Below, in pieces: positions 23,745-33,327 of a stretch of 36,076 nucleotides of DNA; within the stretch, counting starts at the first letter, position 1; each line of letters opens with the position of its first letter. Source of the stretch: a virus (taxonomy: Duplodnaviria > Caudoviricetes); the IMG/VR virus record IMGVR_UViG_3300033067_002443, positions 1 through 36,076 of that record; one strand, given 5' to 3'. Below the pieces are notes generated by a model. The model was not told where the DNA came from. It did no database searches and saw only the letters and a program-made list of their open reading frames with translations. A program made the position numbers and the translations under genes.

Positions 23745-25346
23745 ATGCCTACGTACAACTCGGCTGGGCGCAACATGGAGGGCTCGCGGCTCGACCGCGG
23801 CAGCTTCGGCGGCACTGCCGAGAGCTGGTCGGGACCGAACGGGGAGATCCACGAGGAAGGGTCCGCCCAGAAGGCCACGCAGCGCTACCAGGGCCTCGGC
23901 GCAGCAGCGGCGGCACGTCAGGCGTATCAACCCGACTACCAGTACGCGGCGCAGTCCCGGCAGATGGCGGGGCAGTCCCGGGACCAGCAGGGCCAGGCGC
24001 TCGCGCTGCAGATGGACGCGGCTCGAGGGAACGCGCCGAGCCGGGCGGAGGTTCTCGGCCGGCAGCAGATCGACCAGGGGCTACAGGCTCAGATGGCGGG
24101 CGCTGCTTCGGCTCGTGGCGGCCCGCTCGCCCAGGCGGCAGCGATGCGTCAGGCGCAGACGAATGCGGCGGCGCAGCAGCAGCAGGGCACGCAGCAGCTT
24201 GCGGCGATGCGCGCCGAGGAGATGGCAGGCGCGCGGAACGCGGCGATGGCGGGTGCGTCGGGCATGCGTGCGGGCGACCAGCAGGGGCAGGCGCTCGACC
24301 TGCAGACCACGCAGCAGTGGGCGCAGAACGAGCAGGCTCAGCGGCAGCTGAACCAGCAGGCCCAGATGGGCTACGAGCAAATGGGATGGAACACCCAGAA
24401 GGCGCAGCAGGAGGGGATGCTGCACGCGGACCAGATGTCCCAGCAGCAGTGGGCGCAGCAGGCGCAGCTCGACCAGCACTCGCAGGACCGCGAAACGGGC
24501 GTCATCGGCGGCATCGTCGGCGGCATCGGGTCGGCGGTGGGGCTGTTCTCCGACGAGCGAACGAAGACGCCGCTAGGCTCGCCGAAGCCGGGCGCAAGTT
24601 CGTTCTTTGGAAGCGCGCTCTCGGGCATCGGCAGCAACATCGGCCAGTGGAGTGACGAGGAGACCAAGGACGTCCTCGGCAGCCCCGGCGGAACCACGCA
24701 GCTCGGGGCAGGCGGCGGCATGGACGTCATGGGTAGCCTGAAGGCCAACAGCGACTTCGCGACCAGCTTCGTCAAGAAGCCGGGCGGGGGCGGAGCGATG
24801 GCCTCCCCGATGGCGATGGCGTCCGACGAGCGGACGAAGGAGAGCCCCGAGCAGCTCAAGTCCTGGGCGAAAGGCGAGCTCTCGAAGCTCGGCGCCGCCG
24901 ATGACGGCGACTGGGCACGCGGCGAGCTCGCGCGACTCGAGGCCGGCAAGCGCGCTCCTGCTGCGGTGGGTGGCGCTCCGGATGACGGCGCTTGGGCAAA
25001 GGACCAGCTCGGGCGACTCGCTGCTGCGAAGGGCCTGGCTCCCGCGGTCGACCCGGTGGCCGACGCGAACCGCGCGCAGGCGGCGCAGCCGTACGCGTAC
25101 AAGCCGGAGTTCCGACCGCCCGAGCAGGCGCCCGGGGAGGTGAACGTCGGGCCGATGGCGCAGGACATGGCGAAGAACCCTGTCAGCGCAACCGCGGTGA
25201 AGCGCGATCCGGCGACCGGGATGCTCCTGCTCGACAAGGACAAGCTGGCCAAGGTGCACTCGGCGGGCATCGCCAGCCTGCAGCAGCAGCTCGACCAGAC
25301 GCGCGCGACCCTGGCGGCCCTCGTGGCGCAGCGGGGTGGGAAGTGA
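23745..25346 (+). CDS. Internal virion / DNA-ejection protein with C-terminal Peptidase S74-like domain
   Basis: Q/A/G-rich helical region, glycine-zipper GVIGGIVGGIGSAVG, SDERTK motifs, Y.YK...VGPMAQD...D..L...L.QQL. Confidence 0.65.
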   Translation: MPTYNSAGRNMEGSRLDRGSFGGTAESWSGPNGEIHEEGSAQKATQRYQGLGAAAAARQAYQPDYQYAAQSRQMAGQSRDQQGQALALQMDAARGNAPSRAEVLGRQQIDQGLQAQMAGAASARGGPLAQAAAMRQAQTNAAAQQQQGTQQLAAMRAEEMAGARNAAMAGASGMRAGDQQGQALDLQTTQQWAQNEQAQRQLNQQAQMGYEQMGWNTQKAQQEGMLHADQMSQQQWAQQAQLDQHSQDRETGVIGGIVGGIGSAVGLFSDERTKTPLGSPKPGASSFFGSALSGIGSNIGQWSDEETKDVLGSPGGTTQLGAGGGMDVMGSLKANSDFATSFVKKPGGGGAMASPMAMASDERTKESPEQLKSWAKGELSKLGAADDGDWARGELARLEAGKRAPAAVGGAPDDGAWAKDQLGRLAAAKGLAPAVDPVADANRAQAAQPYAYKPEFRPPEQAPGEVNVGPMAQDMAKNPVSATAVKRDPATGMLLLDKDKLAKVHSAGIASLQQQLDQTRATLAALVAQRGGK

Positions 25347-27052
25347 GCGGCCTCGCGGGCATCTTCGGCATCACCCCGGAGACGGAGGCACGACTCAAGC
25401 GAGCCTTCGGCGACGGCGAGGTCGGACCACCGGCCCCGGGAGCTCCTGCCCCCGTGCAGAACGCTGCCATGGCCGTGCAGCGCGCGGCGACCGCTGGACC
25501 CCAGCTTCAGCCTGTCGTTGCGGCTCCGGGCGGTACCGGCGTGGTCGGCGGCGCGCCTCCGGTCGACGCCTCGCTGCCGGGCGCCAACCCCGGCGTCGCG
25601 AAGCTGACGACGCGGGCCGAGAATGCAGCGGCGCAGTCGGCAGACGGCCAGCCGCAGAGCCTTCCCGAGCCCGAGAACCCGTTCGCCGGGCAGACTCCTG
25701 GCGTCACGGTGCCTGCACACTGGCAGGGCGACCACCGGAAGAAGCAGGTGGAGTACGGCATCGACCCGGCTTCGCTCGCCACCTCTGAGGCTGCACGCGA
25801 CGCAGGCACCGGGTTCGGTCTCCAGGCTGCCAACGCTCGGTACGAGGCGGCGCTTCACAACGAGGCCGTGAACCAGGACTTGATGGCGGCCCGGGCGCAG
25901 ATCGCCAAGCAGGCGGCGGCGCGCCAGGAGGAGCTCGCGATCCAGCGTCAGAACTACGTCGAGGGCGAAAAGGCCAAGCTCGGCGAGATGGCGACGCGAC
26001 TGCAGGCCGATCCGACGACGCAGTACTGGAAAGAGAAGGGCGTGGGCGGCTCGGTGCTCGCGGGTCTCGCGGTCGCCCTCGGTGCGGTCGGGGCGAGCAT
26101 GACCGGTGGGCCGAACCGGGTGCTCGACATGGTCGAGGGGCAGATCAACAAGTCGATCAACGCCAAGCGCGCGGCCTACGCGGATGCCAAGGACGTGTTC
26201 TCGCAGAACCTCGCCGAGTTCGGCGACAGGGCCCGAGCTATCGAGGCCACGAAGGTTGCTCACTGGGACGCGGTCGCGCAGATGCTCGAAGGGCAGAAGG
26301 CGTTCGCGAAGACGAAGGAGCAGCAGGCGAACTACCTCGACCTGAAGCAGAAGATCCTCGAGAAGCGGGCCGAGTCGCTCGATAACTTCGCGAAGCTCAC
26401 CCACAACAAGGTCACCGCGGAGGAGAGCGAGAAGTTCGTTCCTGCGGCAGTGGTCGGCGGCAGCCAGCTCGGCGACACCGGCAAGGACCACCTCTACATC
26501 CCAAGCCTGAAGGGATTCGCGACATCCGACGAGGACGCGAAGCACCTGAAGGAGCACGCGGAACGTACCGCGGTGCTCGACAACACCCTCGCGCGCGCCC
26601 AGGCTATCATCACCAGAGCGGAGAAGGTCCCGGCCTACGACCTCGTCACGAAGCGGAAGCTCCAGAAGGAGCTCGACGCGCTCTCGAACGAGGCGGCGAC
26701 GAAGCGCACGGTCAAGGAAGGTCAGGGCGCGCAGTCGGCGGGGGACAAGGAGATTTCCGACTCCGTCAACGGCATCCTCGGCACGAACCTGTACCTCGAC
26801 CCGCACCTGCCGGGCGGAGGGCTCGCCAACACGAAGGAGCTCATCCAGAACACGCGTCGACGGGCGCAGCAGGAGCACCGGATCGTCGGCGAGATGCGCG
26901 GCATCCAGCAGGGTCAGCTTGCTCCGACGCGTGACGCGAAAGGGAACGTGGTCTTCCGCCGGCAGCTCAACGGCAGCATGAAGCCGGTGTCGAAGGAAAC
27001 GCAGAACTACGACGACCTCATCCAGCCCTTGGCCCCTTCGGGGAAGAAGTAG
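25343..27052 (+). CDS. Internal virion / ejection protein
   Basis: Start re-called to GTG 25343; helical A/K/E-rich with one hydrophobic segment (VLAGLAVALGAVGA). Confidence 0.6.
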   Translation: MSGLAGIFGITPETEARLKRAFGDGEVGPPAPGAPAPVQNAAMAVQRAATAGPQLQPVVAAPGGTGVVGGAPPVDASLPGANPGVAKLTTRAENAAAQSADGQPQSLPEPENPFAGQTPGVTVPAHWQGDHRKKQVEYGIDPASLATSEAARDAGTGFGLQAANARYEAALHNEAVNQDLMAARAQIAKQAAARQEELAIQRQNYVEGEKAKLGEMATRLQADPTTQYWKEKGVGGSVLAGLAVALGAVGASMTGGPNRVLDMVEGQINKSINAKRAAYADAKDVFSQNLAEFGDRARAIEATKVAHWDAVAQMLEGQKAFAKTKEQQANYLDLKQKILEKRAESLDNFAKLTHNKVTAEESEKFVPAAVVGGSQLGDTGKDHLYIPSLKGFATSDEDAKHLKEHAERTAVLDNTLARAQAIITRAEKVPAYDLVTKRKLQKELDALSNEAATKRTVKEGQGAQSAGDKEISDSVNGILGTNLYLDPHLPGGGLANTKELIQNTRRRAQQEHRIVGEMRGIQQGQLAPTRDAKGNVVFRRQLNGSMKPVSKETQNYDDLIQPLAPSGKK

Positions 27053-29452
27053 ATGGCGGATCCCAAGGCGCCGGTTGTCGTTGGTTCCGATGGCGAGATC
27101 GGAACGATCGATCCTCGCTTCGCGCGCGACGCTGTACAGCACAGCGCTCGCTTGGCGACGCCCAAGGAGGTCAAGGCCGAGCAGGCTCGCGTCGACGCGG
27201 AGGCCAAGGCCGCCGAGCTGCGGGATAAGTACGACGTCACGAAGAACCCGGTCCGGGCGATCGGCGCCGCCTACGGCTCGTCGCTGTCGGGCTGGTGGCG
27301 CGGCCTCTCGGGCGGATTGTCGGACCACGCAATTCTCGGCGCTGCCGAGGTCGTCGGCGGCAAGGAGGGGCGGGAGGCGACCCGGCAGCAGCTCGCCGAG
27401 TGGCAGGAGGCGAACCCCGTTCTGTCGACGCTCGAGGAGACCGCAGGCTTCTCCGGGGCCATGGCTCTCGGCGGGGAGGCCCTTGGCGCCGGAGCCGCTG
27501 CGGAAGGGGCCGCTGCTGCCACGCGGGGCGGGTCGACCCTGGGCCGCATCGCGACGCAGGTGGCCCGTGGAGCCGGCGAAGGGGCGCTGTTCAGTGCGGG
27601 CAAGGAGGTCTCCGACTCGGCCATCCAGGACCACGCGCTCACCGGCGAGAAGATGGTCTCGGCGATCGGTCACGGCGCGATGCTGGGAGCGGGCGCGGGC
27701 CTCGTCGCCGGCGTCGGCAGCGAGGCACTTTCGGGCCTGGGACGGCTCCGGGCGCCCAGCCCTGCGGCGACGGAGGCGGCCGTAGCGGGTGAGAGCAAGC
27801 TCGGCACGATGCTTGGCGAGGGCCTGCAGAAGGGCGCCGACATCAAGACCATCAAGGCGCTCGGCGGCTCGGCAGGGGACCTCCGCGCGCTCGAGCGGAA
27901 CGTACCTGGAGGCTTCCGGCGGGTGGCGCAGGACATCCGAGGCGACATCGAGGCGAGCACCGGCAAGACCATCGGCCGGATGGGGCGCGAGGAGCTCCAC
28001 GAGTACGCCCAGAAGCGCCTTCCCGAGCTCGGCGACAAGCTCGGCGGCATGCTTCGGTCGCTCGACGAAGCCGGGACCGGGGTCGCCCCCGACGTGCAGC
28101 GGTTCACGCAGCGCATCGAGTCGGAGCTGCTCCAGGGCAAGGTGCAGCGCCTACCGAGCGGCAAGGTTGTAGCGATGCCCGGCGAGGAGGCGTCGGTTCG
28201 CGCGATCGGCAAGTGGGTGAAGCAGACGCAGGAGGCGTTCGGCGAGGGCGTCACCTTCGAGCAGTGGCAGAAGGCCCGCGTGGCGCTCGACAAGCAGATC
28301 AAGTTCGAGGCGGTCCGCGCCTCCCCCGTGCAGGACACCCTTCGGGGCCTCCGCAGCATCATGGAGAGCGAGCTGGAGACCGCCGGAGAGGCCGCCGCCA
28401 AGACGATGGGGCAGAGCTTCCAGGCCGAGTACCAGGCGACGAAGTCCCTCTACCAGAGCGTCGCCAAGGCTGCGGAGCTCACCGAGCGCGGCGTTGCTCG
28501 CGAGCTCGCCAACAATTCCCTCGGGCTTCGCTCGACCCTGGCGGCCCTCACCGGGCTCTCGGCGGGTGGCCCTGTCGGCGGGGCGGTGCTCGGCCTGGCA
28601 GGGAAGATCGTGCAGGACCGGGGCGACATGATCGCCGCCGATCTGCTCGACCGCGGCGCCGCCATCCTCGGTGTTCGGCGACTCGCAGCCCGCACCGAGC
28701 GGGACATCGCCAAGGGCGTTGGTGAGCTCGTCGGGGTGAAGCCTGCCGCGACCGTGACCGACCTGGCGCCCCCCAAGCGCGGAGCCGACATGCCCATGGG
28801 CGTGAAGGTCTCCGACCCGGTGAAGGCCTTTCCGAAGGTCGCAGCCGCCGTGCAAGAAGCGCAGGCGAACCCGGCTCGCGTCTCCGACCGCATCGGCAAG
28901 GCTCTCGGCCCACTCACCGACACATCCCCGGCGACCGTGGCAGCCGCAAGCGCCGTTGCCGTGAGCGGCGTGAACTACCTCGCCTCGAAGCTTCCGCAGA
29001 TGAAGCGCGACCCCTACGGGCTGCAGCCACACCTCGAACAGCCCCGCGTCAGCGACAGCGAGCGCGCTAGCTTCATGCGCGCCGTGGAGGCCGTGCAAAA
29101 CCCCACGATGGTCCTGACTGCCGCCAAGAAGGGCACCCTCACTCGGGAGCACGTCGAGGCCGTCAAGGCGGTCTACCCGAAGCTGTACGAGGAGATGCGG
29201 AGCCAAGTCTTCACCTCGCTCGTCGAGTCGAAGACGCAGCTCTCGTACGCCCGGCGGGTGCAGCTTGGCATCCTGCTCGACATCCCCACGGACAAGACGC
29301 TTTCGCCCGAATTTATCGCGGCGATCCAAGCGACGTACACGCCCGCCGAGAAGGCAGGCGAAGAGGCTCCTCCGGCAATGCCGAGGGCGACAGAAGCAGC
29401 ACCCACTTTGCAGACGGCGATGCAATCGGCCGCGTCAGGAGGCATGCGATGA
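27053..29452 (+). CDS. Large internal virion / ejection protein
   Basis: 799 aa, Gly/Ala zippers and helical segments; third of three podovirus core-like genes. Confidence 0.6.
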   Translation: MADPKAPVVVGSDGEIGTIDPRFARDAVQHSARLATPKEVKAEQARVDAEAKAAELRDKYDVTKNPVRAIGAAYGSSLSGWWRGLSGGLSDHAILGAAEVVGGKEGREATRQQLAEWQEANPVLSTLEETAGFSGAMALGGEALGAGAAAEGAAAATRGGSTLGRIATQVARGAGEGALFSAGKEVSDSAIQDHALTGEKMVSAIGHGAMLGAGAGLVAGVGSEALSGLGRLRAPSPAATEAAVAGESKLGTMLGEGLQKGADIKTIKALGGSAGDLRALERNVPGGFRRVAQDIRGDIEASTGKTIGRMGREELHEYAQKRLPELGDKLGGMLRSLDEAGTGVAPDVQRFTQRIESELLQGKVQRLPSGKVVAMPGEEASVRAIGKWVKQTQEAFGEGVTFEQWQKARVALDKQIKFEAVRASPVQDTLRGLRSIMESELETAGEAAAKTMGQSFQAEYQATKSLYQSVAKAAELTERGVARELANNSLGLRSTLAALTGLSAGGPVGGAVLGLAGKIVQDRGDMIAADLLDRGAAILGVRRLAARTERDIAKGVGELVGVKPAATVTDLAPPKRGADMPMGVKVSDPVKAFPKVAAAVQEAQANPARVSDRIGKALGPLTDTSPATVAAASAVAVSGVNYLASKLPQMKRDPYGLQPHLEQPRVSDSERASFMRAVEAVQNPTMVLTAAKKGTLTREHVEAVKAVYPKLYEEMRSQVFTSLVESKTQLSYARRVQLGILLDIPTDKTLSPEFIAAIQATYTPAEKAGEEAPPAMPRATEAAPTLQTAMQSAASGGMR

Positions 29453-29868
29453 GCGAGGGAGTATGGACCATTGGGCGTGTGGACATCGGCAACGTCGACT
29501 CTCAGACGTCGACGCCCGCGGACAACTTCAAGCGGCAGACCGGCGTCACCGTCGGTACCGCGGGCATCGTCATCGGCACCGCAGGCAAAGCCGGACGCCT
29601 CTACCGCCTTCGGGTCGTGAACGGAGCGGCGACGGCGTACTTCCTCCAGGTCTTCAACAAGGCAACGGTGCCGGTCAACTCCGACGTCCCGGTCTGGGTG
29701 CAACGCATCGCGGTTTCCAGTGAAGGGGAGATCGACCTCACGAACGTGAACGGGCTCTTCTGCCCACTCGGGATGGGCTTCGCTATCAGCTCGACGCCCT
29801 CGGCGCTGACGCTGGCGATCGCCACGGACATCGCATTTTACGGCGCCATCTACACGCAGAGGGCCTGA
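29449..29868 (+). CDS. Putative tail-associated structural protein
   Basis: 139 aa, beta-rich (GRLYRLRVVN...YFLQVFN...G...AISST), before the receptor-binding gene. Confidence 0.55.
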   Translation: MSEGVWTIGRVDIGNVDSQTSTPADNFKRQTGVTVGTAGIVIGTAGKAGRLYRLRVVNGAATAYFLQVFNKATVPVNSDVPVWVQRIAVSSEGEIDLTNVNGLFCPLGMGFAISSTPSALTLAIATDIAFYGAIYTQRA

Positions 29869-31367
29869 TGCGAGAGCTCCTCTGGCTGATGCGGTCCCGG
29901 TTCGCGCGCGGCGGAGCAACGGCGATGGCGCCGCCTCCGTCGCTCGAGAGCGTCTCGCCGACCTCCGGATCTTCCGGGGGAGGGACCACCATCACCCTGA
30001 GGGGCAATCTCCTGGACGGCGTCACGCGGGTGCTCGTCGACGGCGTCGACTGCACGAACGTCGTCCGCCAGGGGACGCGGCAGTGCCAGGCGGTGACGCC
30101 TGCAGGAGCGCTGGGGGCAGTCACGGTGCAGGCGCTCACGGCAGGTGGAGCGGGCGTCCTGACCGGGGCCTTCACCTACGTGGGCACGGCGCCAACCGTG
30201 ACCAACGTGTCGCCGAGCGCGGGACCCACGGCAGGCGGCACGCCGATTAACGTCACCGGCACGAACTTCACCGGAGCGACCGCGGTGAAGATCAACGGCG
30301 TCGACTGCACGAGCATCATCGTCGTCGGGCCCACGAGCATCACGTGTGTCACTCCCGCCGGCGCGGCAGGAGCTCAGACCTGCGCGGTGACGACGCCGAG
30401 CGGCACGGGCTCGCTCAGCAGCGCGTACACGTACGTCGCGGCGCCCACGGTCACGAGCGTCACGAAGAGCGTCGGCGACACGGCGGGCGGCTACTCGGTC
30501 GATCTCGGCGGCACGAACTTCGTCGGGGTTACGAGCGTCCAGGTCGGCGGCGTGTCGGCCACGAGCGTCGTGGTCAACTCGAGCATCAGCATCACTTGCA
30601 CCTTCCCCGCAGGGTCGGCGGGGGCGGCAACGATTGCTGTCACCGGCACGGGCGGCACCGGGTCGAACGGCGCGCTGTTCACGTACTTCTCGCCGGCGAC
30701 GCTCACCCTTTCCGGGTGGTGGCGCAGCTACGCCGGCACGTCCCCGTGGAACGGCACGGCGAGCGCAGGCTCTTCCGGCTCCAACAGCTGGACGGGTGCA
30801 GGCGGGTCTCTGCCGGCGAACGGCACGGCGCTCAACGGCAAGAGCACCGCGCTCTTCGACGGCACCAACGACGAGATGACGGCGTCGGGCACGCCCACGA
30901 CGTACCTCAGCACGTCGGCGTGGACCATCTCGGTCCTCGTCAGGCTCACGAGTGCGGCGGCCCCGGGCGTCAACGTTTACGACAACGCGGCGCTCCTCAC
31001 CGACGGCAACGCGGCGTTCGGTGCCGACGTGTCGAGCAGCGGGTTCAAGGCTCACATCTACGACGGCGGCACGTACAACGAGACCGCGTGGACGGCGGCG
31101 AGCACGGGTTCGTACCACCTGCTTCAGGCCTACTACGACGGCACGAACATCTACCACCGCGTCGACTCCGGAAGCTGGTCGGCGGGGACTGCGAGCGGGG
31201 CCATCTCGGGCCTCGCGGCGAGCTTCTTCCTGGGCCGCAACTGGAACGGTGGGGCGTTCCTCGCGGGCACGATCGCCGAGGTCATCACCGCGTCGTCGGT
31301 CATCTCCCGCGCGAACCTCGACAACGTCAAAGCCTACGTGAACACCCGATACAACCTGTCGCTTTGA
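29868..31367 (+). CDS. Receptor-binding / tail protein: three IPT/TIG domains plus a ConA/LamG-like domain
   Basis: Three repeats of P.V..VSP..G...GGT.I...G.NF.G...V...G...T....FTY, then ALFDGTND, WTISV, YDGT...VD and FLAGTIAEV...YVNTRY. Confidence 0.8.
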   Translation: MRELLWLMRSRFARGGATAMAPPPSLESVSPTSGSSGGGTTITLRGNLLDGVTRVLVDGVDCTNVVRQGTRQCQAVTPAGALGAVTVQALTAGGAGVLTGAFTYVGTAPTVTNVSPSAGPTAGGTPINVTGTNFTGATAVKINGVDCTSIIVVGPTSITCVTPAGAAGAQTCAVTTPSGTGSLSSAYTYVAAPTVTSVTKSVGDTAGGYSVDLGGTNFVGVTSVQVGGVSATSVVVNSSISITCTFPAGSAGAATIAVTGTGGTGSNGALFTYFSPATLTLSGWWRSYAGTSPWNGTASAGSSGSNSWTGAGGSLPANGTALNGKSTALFDGTNDEMTASGTPTTYLSTSAWTISVLVRLTSAAAPGVNVYDNAALLTDGNAAFGADVSSSGFKAHIYDGGTYNETAWTAASTGSYHLLQAYYDGTNIYHRVDSGSWSAGTASGAISGLAASFFLGRNWNGGAFLAGTIAEVITASSVISRANLDNVKAYVNTRYNLSL

Positions 31368-31374
31368 GGACCCC

Positions 31375-31854
31375 ATGCCTGACGACAAGCCCACCACTCA
31401 GCTCCCAGCCGTCCCCGAGTGGGCCGTGGAGCTCACGCGGCTCGCGAAGACCACGAAGGAAGAGGTCCGCGGGCTGCGCGCCGATGTCGGGCTGGTCGCC
31501 AACGACCTCTCGCTGGTCAAGGAACGGGTCGCCATCATCGAGACTTGGCGGAGCGAGCAGGATTCACGCGTGTCGCGGAATTCGAACCGCGTGCGGGAGC
31601 TCGCCGAGACGACGAGCAGCGTCGACCTGACCGTGCAGGCGAAGCAGAGCGAGATGATTGTCAAGCAGATGGAGCAGGACCGGAAGCAGGACGAGATGCA
31701 CGCCCGCATCGAGAAACTTGCGGCGAGTCAGGAGATCCAGACCGCCATCCTCGCCCGACTCGACAAGCTCACGCAAAACCCGCTCGTCAAGACCGTTGCG
31801 ACCGCCATCGGTACGGCGGTGCTCACGTGGCTCGCAAGCAAAGGACTGAGGTGA
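31375..31854 (+). CDS. Coiled-coil protein with C-terminal membrane anchor (lysis module; holin/spanin-like candidate)
   Basis: GAGGA RBS; coiled coil then VKTVATAIGTAVLTWLA; upstream of the endolysin. Confidence 0.5.
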   Translation: MPDDKPTTQLPAVPEWAVELTRLAKTTKEEVRGLRADVGLVANDLSLVKERVAIIETWRSEQDSRVSRNSNRVRELAETTSSVDLTVQAKQSEMIVKQMEQDRKQDEMHARIEKLAASQEIQTAILARLDKLTQNPLVKTVATAIGTAVLTWLASKGLR

Positions 31855-31857
31855 ATT

Positions 31858-32088
31858 ATGCCCCCTGACATCAAGTGGATCTTTGGCCTCGTCGTCCTGT
31901 TCTTCCTCGCTCTCGCGGGGGCGAACTGCATCGGGTGCAAGCCCGGTGACGCCAAGCCCGCCGCGTACTCCGCCGAGCTCGCCGAGTGCAACCGCTCCGC
32001 CCAGACGCTGCAGGACTCAATCGCCTGCGAGGACCGCGTCAGGGTCCGCTACGGCCGCCCCGTACGCGACGCTGGAGGTGACCGATGA
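31858..32088 (+). CDS. Small membrane lipoprotein-like protein (lysis module)
   Basis: WIFGLVVLFFLALAGANCIGC hydrophobic signal with lipobox-like Cys, and two further Cys. Confidence 0.5.
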   Translation: MPPDIKWIFGLVVLFFLALAGANCIGCKPGDAKPAAYSAELAECNRSAQTLQDSIACEDRVRVRYGRPVRDAGGDR

Positions 32089-32264
32089 GCCCGCTCGGCG
32101 CATTCTCGAAGCTCCCCCCGTGGGCGCTGGACGCCGCCTTCGGCCTTGTCGAAGGCCTGGTCAAGCTCCTGTCGGCCGACGACGACGTCGGGCGTGAGGC
32201 GGCGATGATGGACGCTGCGGAGGCCATGAAGGCGGCTCTCGACCGGAAGAAGTTCGGCCCGTGA
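32085..32264 (+). CDS. Hypothetical protein (59 aa)
   Basis: Below the ORF-track cutoff: GGAGG RBS, MSPLGAFSKLPPWALDAAFGLVEGLVKLLS...; 4-nt overlaps on both sides. Confidence 0.6.
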   Translation: MSPLGAFSKLPPWALDAAFGLVEGLVKLLSADDDVGREAAMMDAAEAMKAALDRKKFGP

Positions 32265-33118
32265 TCCGCGGCCTCGACGCGTCCTCGGTGCAGGGCAAGC
32301 TCCCGTTCGACCAGCTCGGCGAGGAGTATCGCTTCGTCATCCTGAAGGCTGTCCAGGGCAACGACGGCACCGATCCGTGGTTCGAGCGGAACGCGCTTGA
32401 GGCGCTCTCCCGCGGGCTGGAGGTCTTCGCCTACTGCTTCCCGTACCCGTTGCCTCACCTGAAGCCCGAGGAGCAGGCGAAGCGCTTCGTGGACTTCGTG
32501 GGTCGCGTCCTACCCGGCCGACCACTCTTCCTCGACTACGAGTGGCCCGAGGTCGTCCCATCGCATGCGGGAAAGAAGGGCTGGCGCGAATGGGGCTGCA
32601 ACCCGAGGCAGCTGTCAGCCTGGATGCGCGCATGCTCCGCCGAGGTGGAGCGACTCAGCGGCGTTCGGCCGGCGCTCTACACCTACGACTGGTGGTGGGC
32701 ATGCATCCGTGACGGGGCGCCAGCGTACGGGTTCATGGAGTCGGCGGACGTGGCGTGGGCCGCGGACTACCCGCTCTGGATGGCCTGGTACCGCCAGGGG
32801 TGGCCCGCAGTGGGCGACAAGCCGAAGGTGCCCAAGCCGTGGGCGGACTGGACCTTCTGGCAATTCGACGGCAACGCGGGCCTGCGGCTGCCCAACGGCG
32901 CGGACTGCGACTTTTGCGTGTTCAACGGCGACGAGGACGACTTGCGCCGGTTCGCGCGCTGGTCAGAAGCGGACGGCGTGCCGACGGAACGCGAACTCCC
33001 CGCGTGCGGCCCGGTGCAGGAGCCCGACGGCGGGGAGTCGCGGTGGCGTGCGACCAGCGAAGCGGTCGTGGAGGCCGTGCGGGACTTGGTGACCCGGAGG
33101 GCAGGGGAGGACGACTAG
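32261..33118 (+). CDS. GH25 muramidase endolysin
   Basis: IRGLDASSVQG (catalytic D), FVILKA, FLDYE (DxE), YPLWMAWY, WTFWQF, DCD. Confidence 0.88.
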   Translation: MIRGLDASSVQGKLPFDQLGEEYRFVILKAVQGNDGTDPWFERNALEALSRGLEVFAYCFPYPLPHLKPEEQAKRFVDFVGRVLPGRPLFLDYEWPEVVPSHAGKKGWREWGCNPRQLSAWMRACSAEVERLSGVRPALYTYDWWWACIRDGAPAYGFMESADVAWAADYPLWMAWYRQGWPAVGDKPKVPKPWADWTFWQFDGNAGLRLPNGADCDFCVFNGDEDDLRRFARWSEADGVPTERELPACGPVQEPDGGESRWRATSEAVVEAVRDLVTRRAGEDD

Positions 33119-33327
33119 TGCCCGGTCACCTTGCGCGGGGCGGGCGGAGCGACGCACACGCACTCGTGGTCTAGAAGCCGGGCGGTTTCGTGGTCGTTTG
33201 GGCATGCCTGCTTCGAGCAGTCCTCGCTGTTCGCCATCGCAACGGCAAACAGGATGACCGCCAGCACGAGCCCGACGACTCCGCCGATGCCGTAGAGAGC
33301 GAAGTCCCCGTCGCTGGTGTCGATCAC
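33115..33327 (-). CDS. Small membrane protein with Cys-rich tail
   Basis: IGGVVGLVLAVILFAVAM transmembrane segment; C..C...CVC. Confidence 0.6.
   Translation of the reverse strand: MIDTSDGDFALYGIGGVVGLVLAVILFAVAMANSEDCSKQACPNDHETARLLDHECVCVAPPAPRKVTGH

Noticed and set aside
24371-28000. 1209-aa minus-strand ORF
   Set aside because: Antisense shadow of the ejection genes, caused by high GC3 codon bias; no motifs, and the plus-strand genes are coupled and coherent.
29850-31397. 515-aa minus-strand ORF and 428-aa alternative-frame ORF over the TIG/LamG gene
   Set aside because: Arg-rich shadow frames; the 29868-31367 frame has clear domain repeats.
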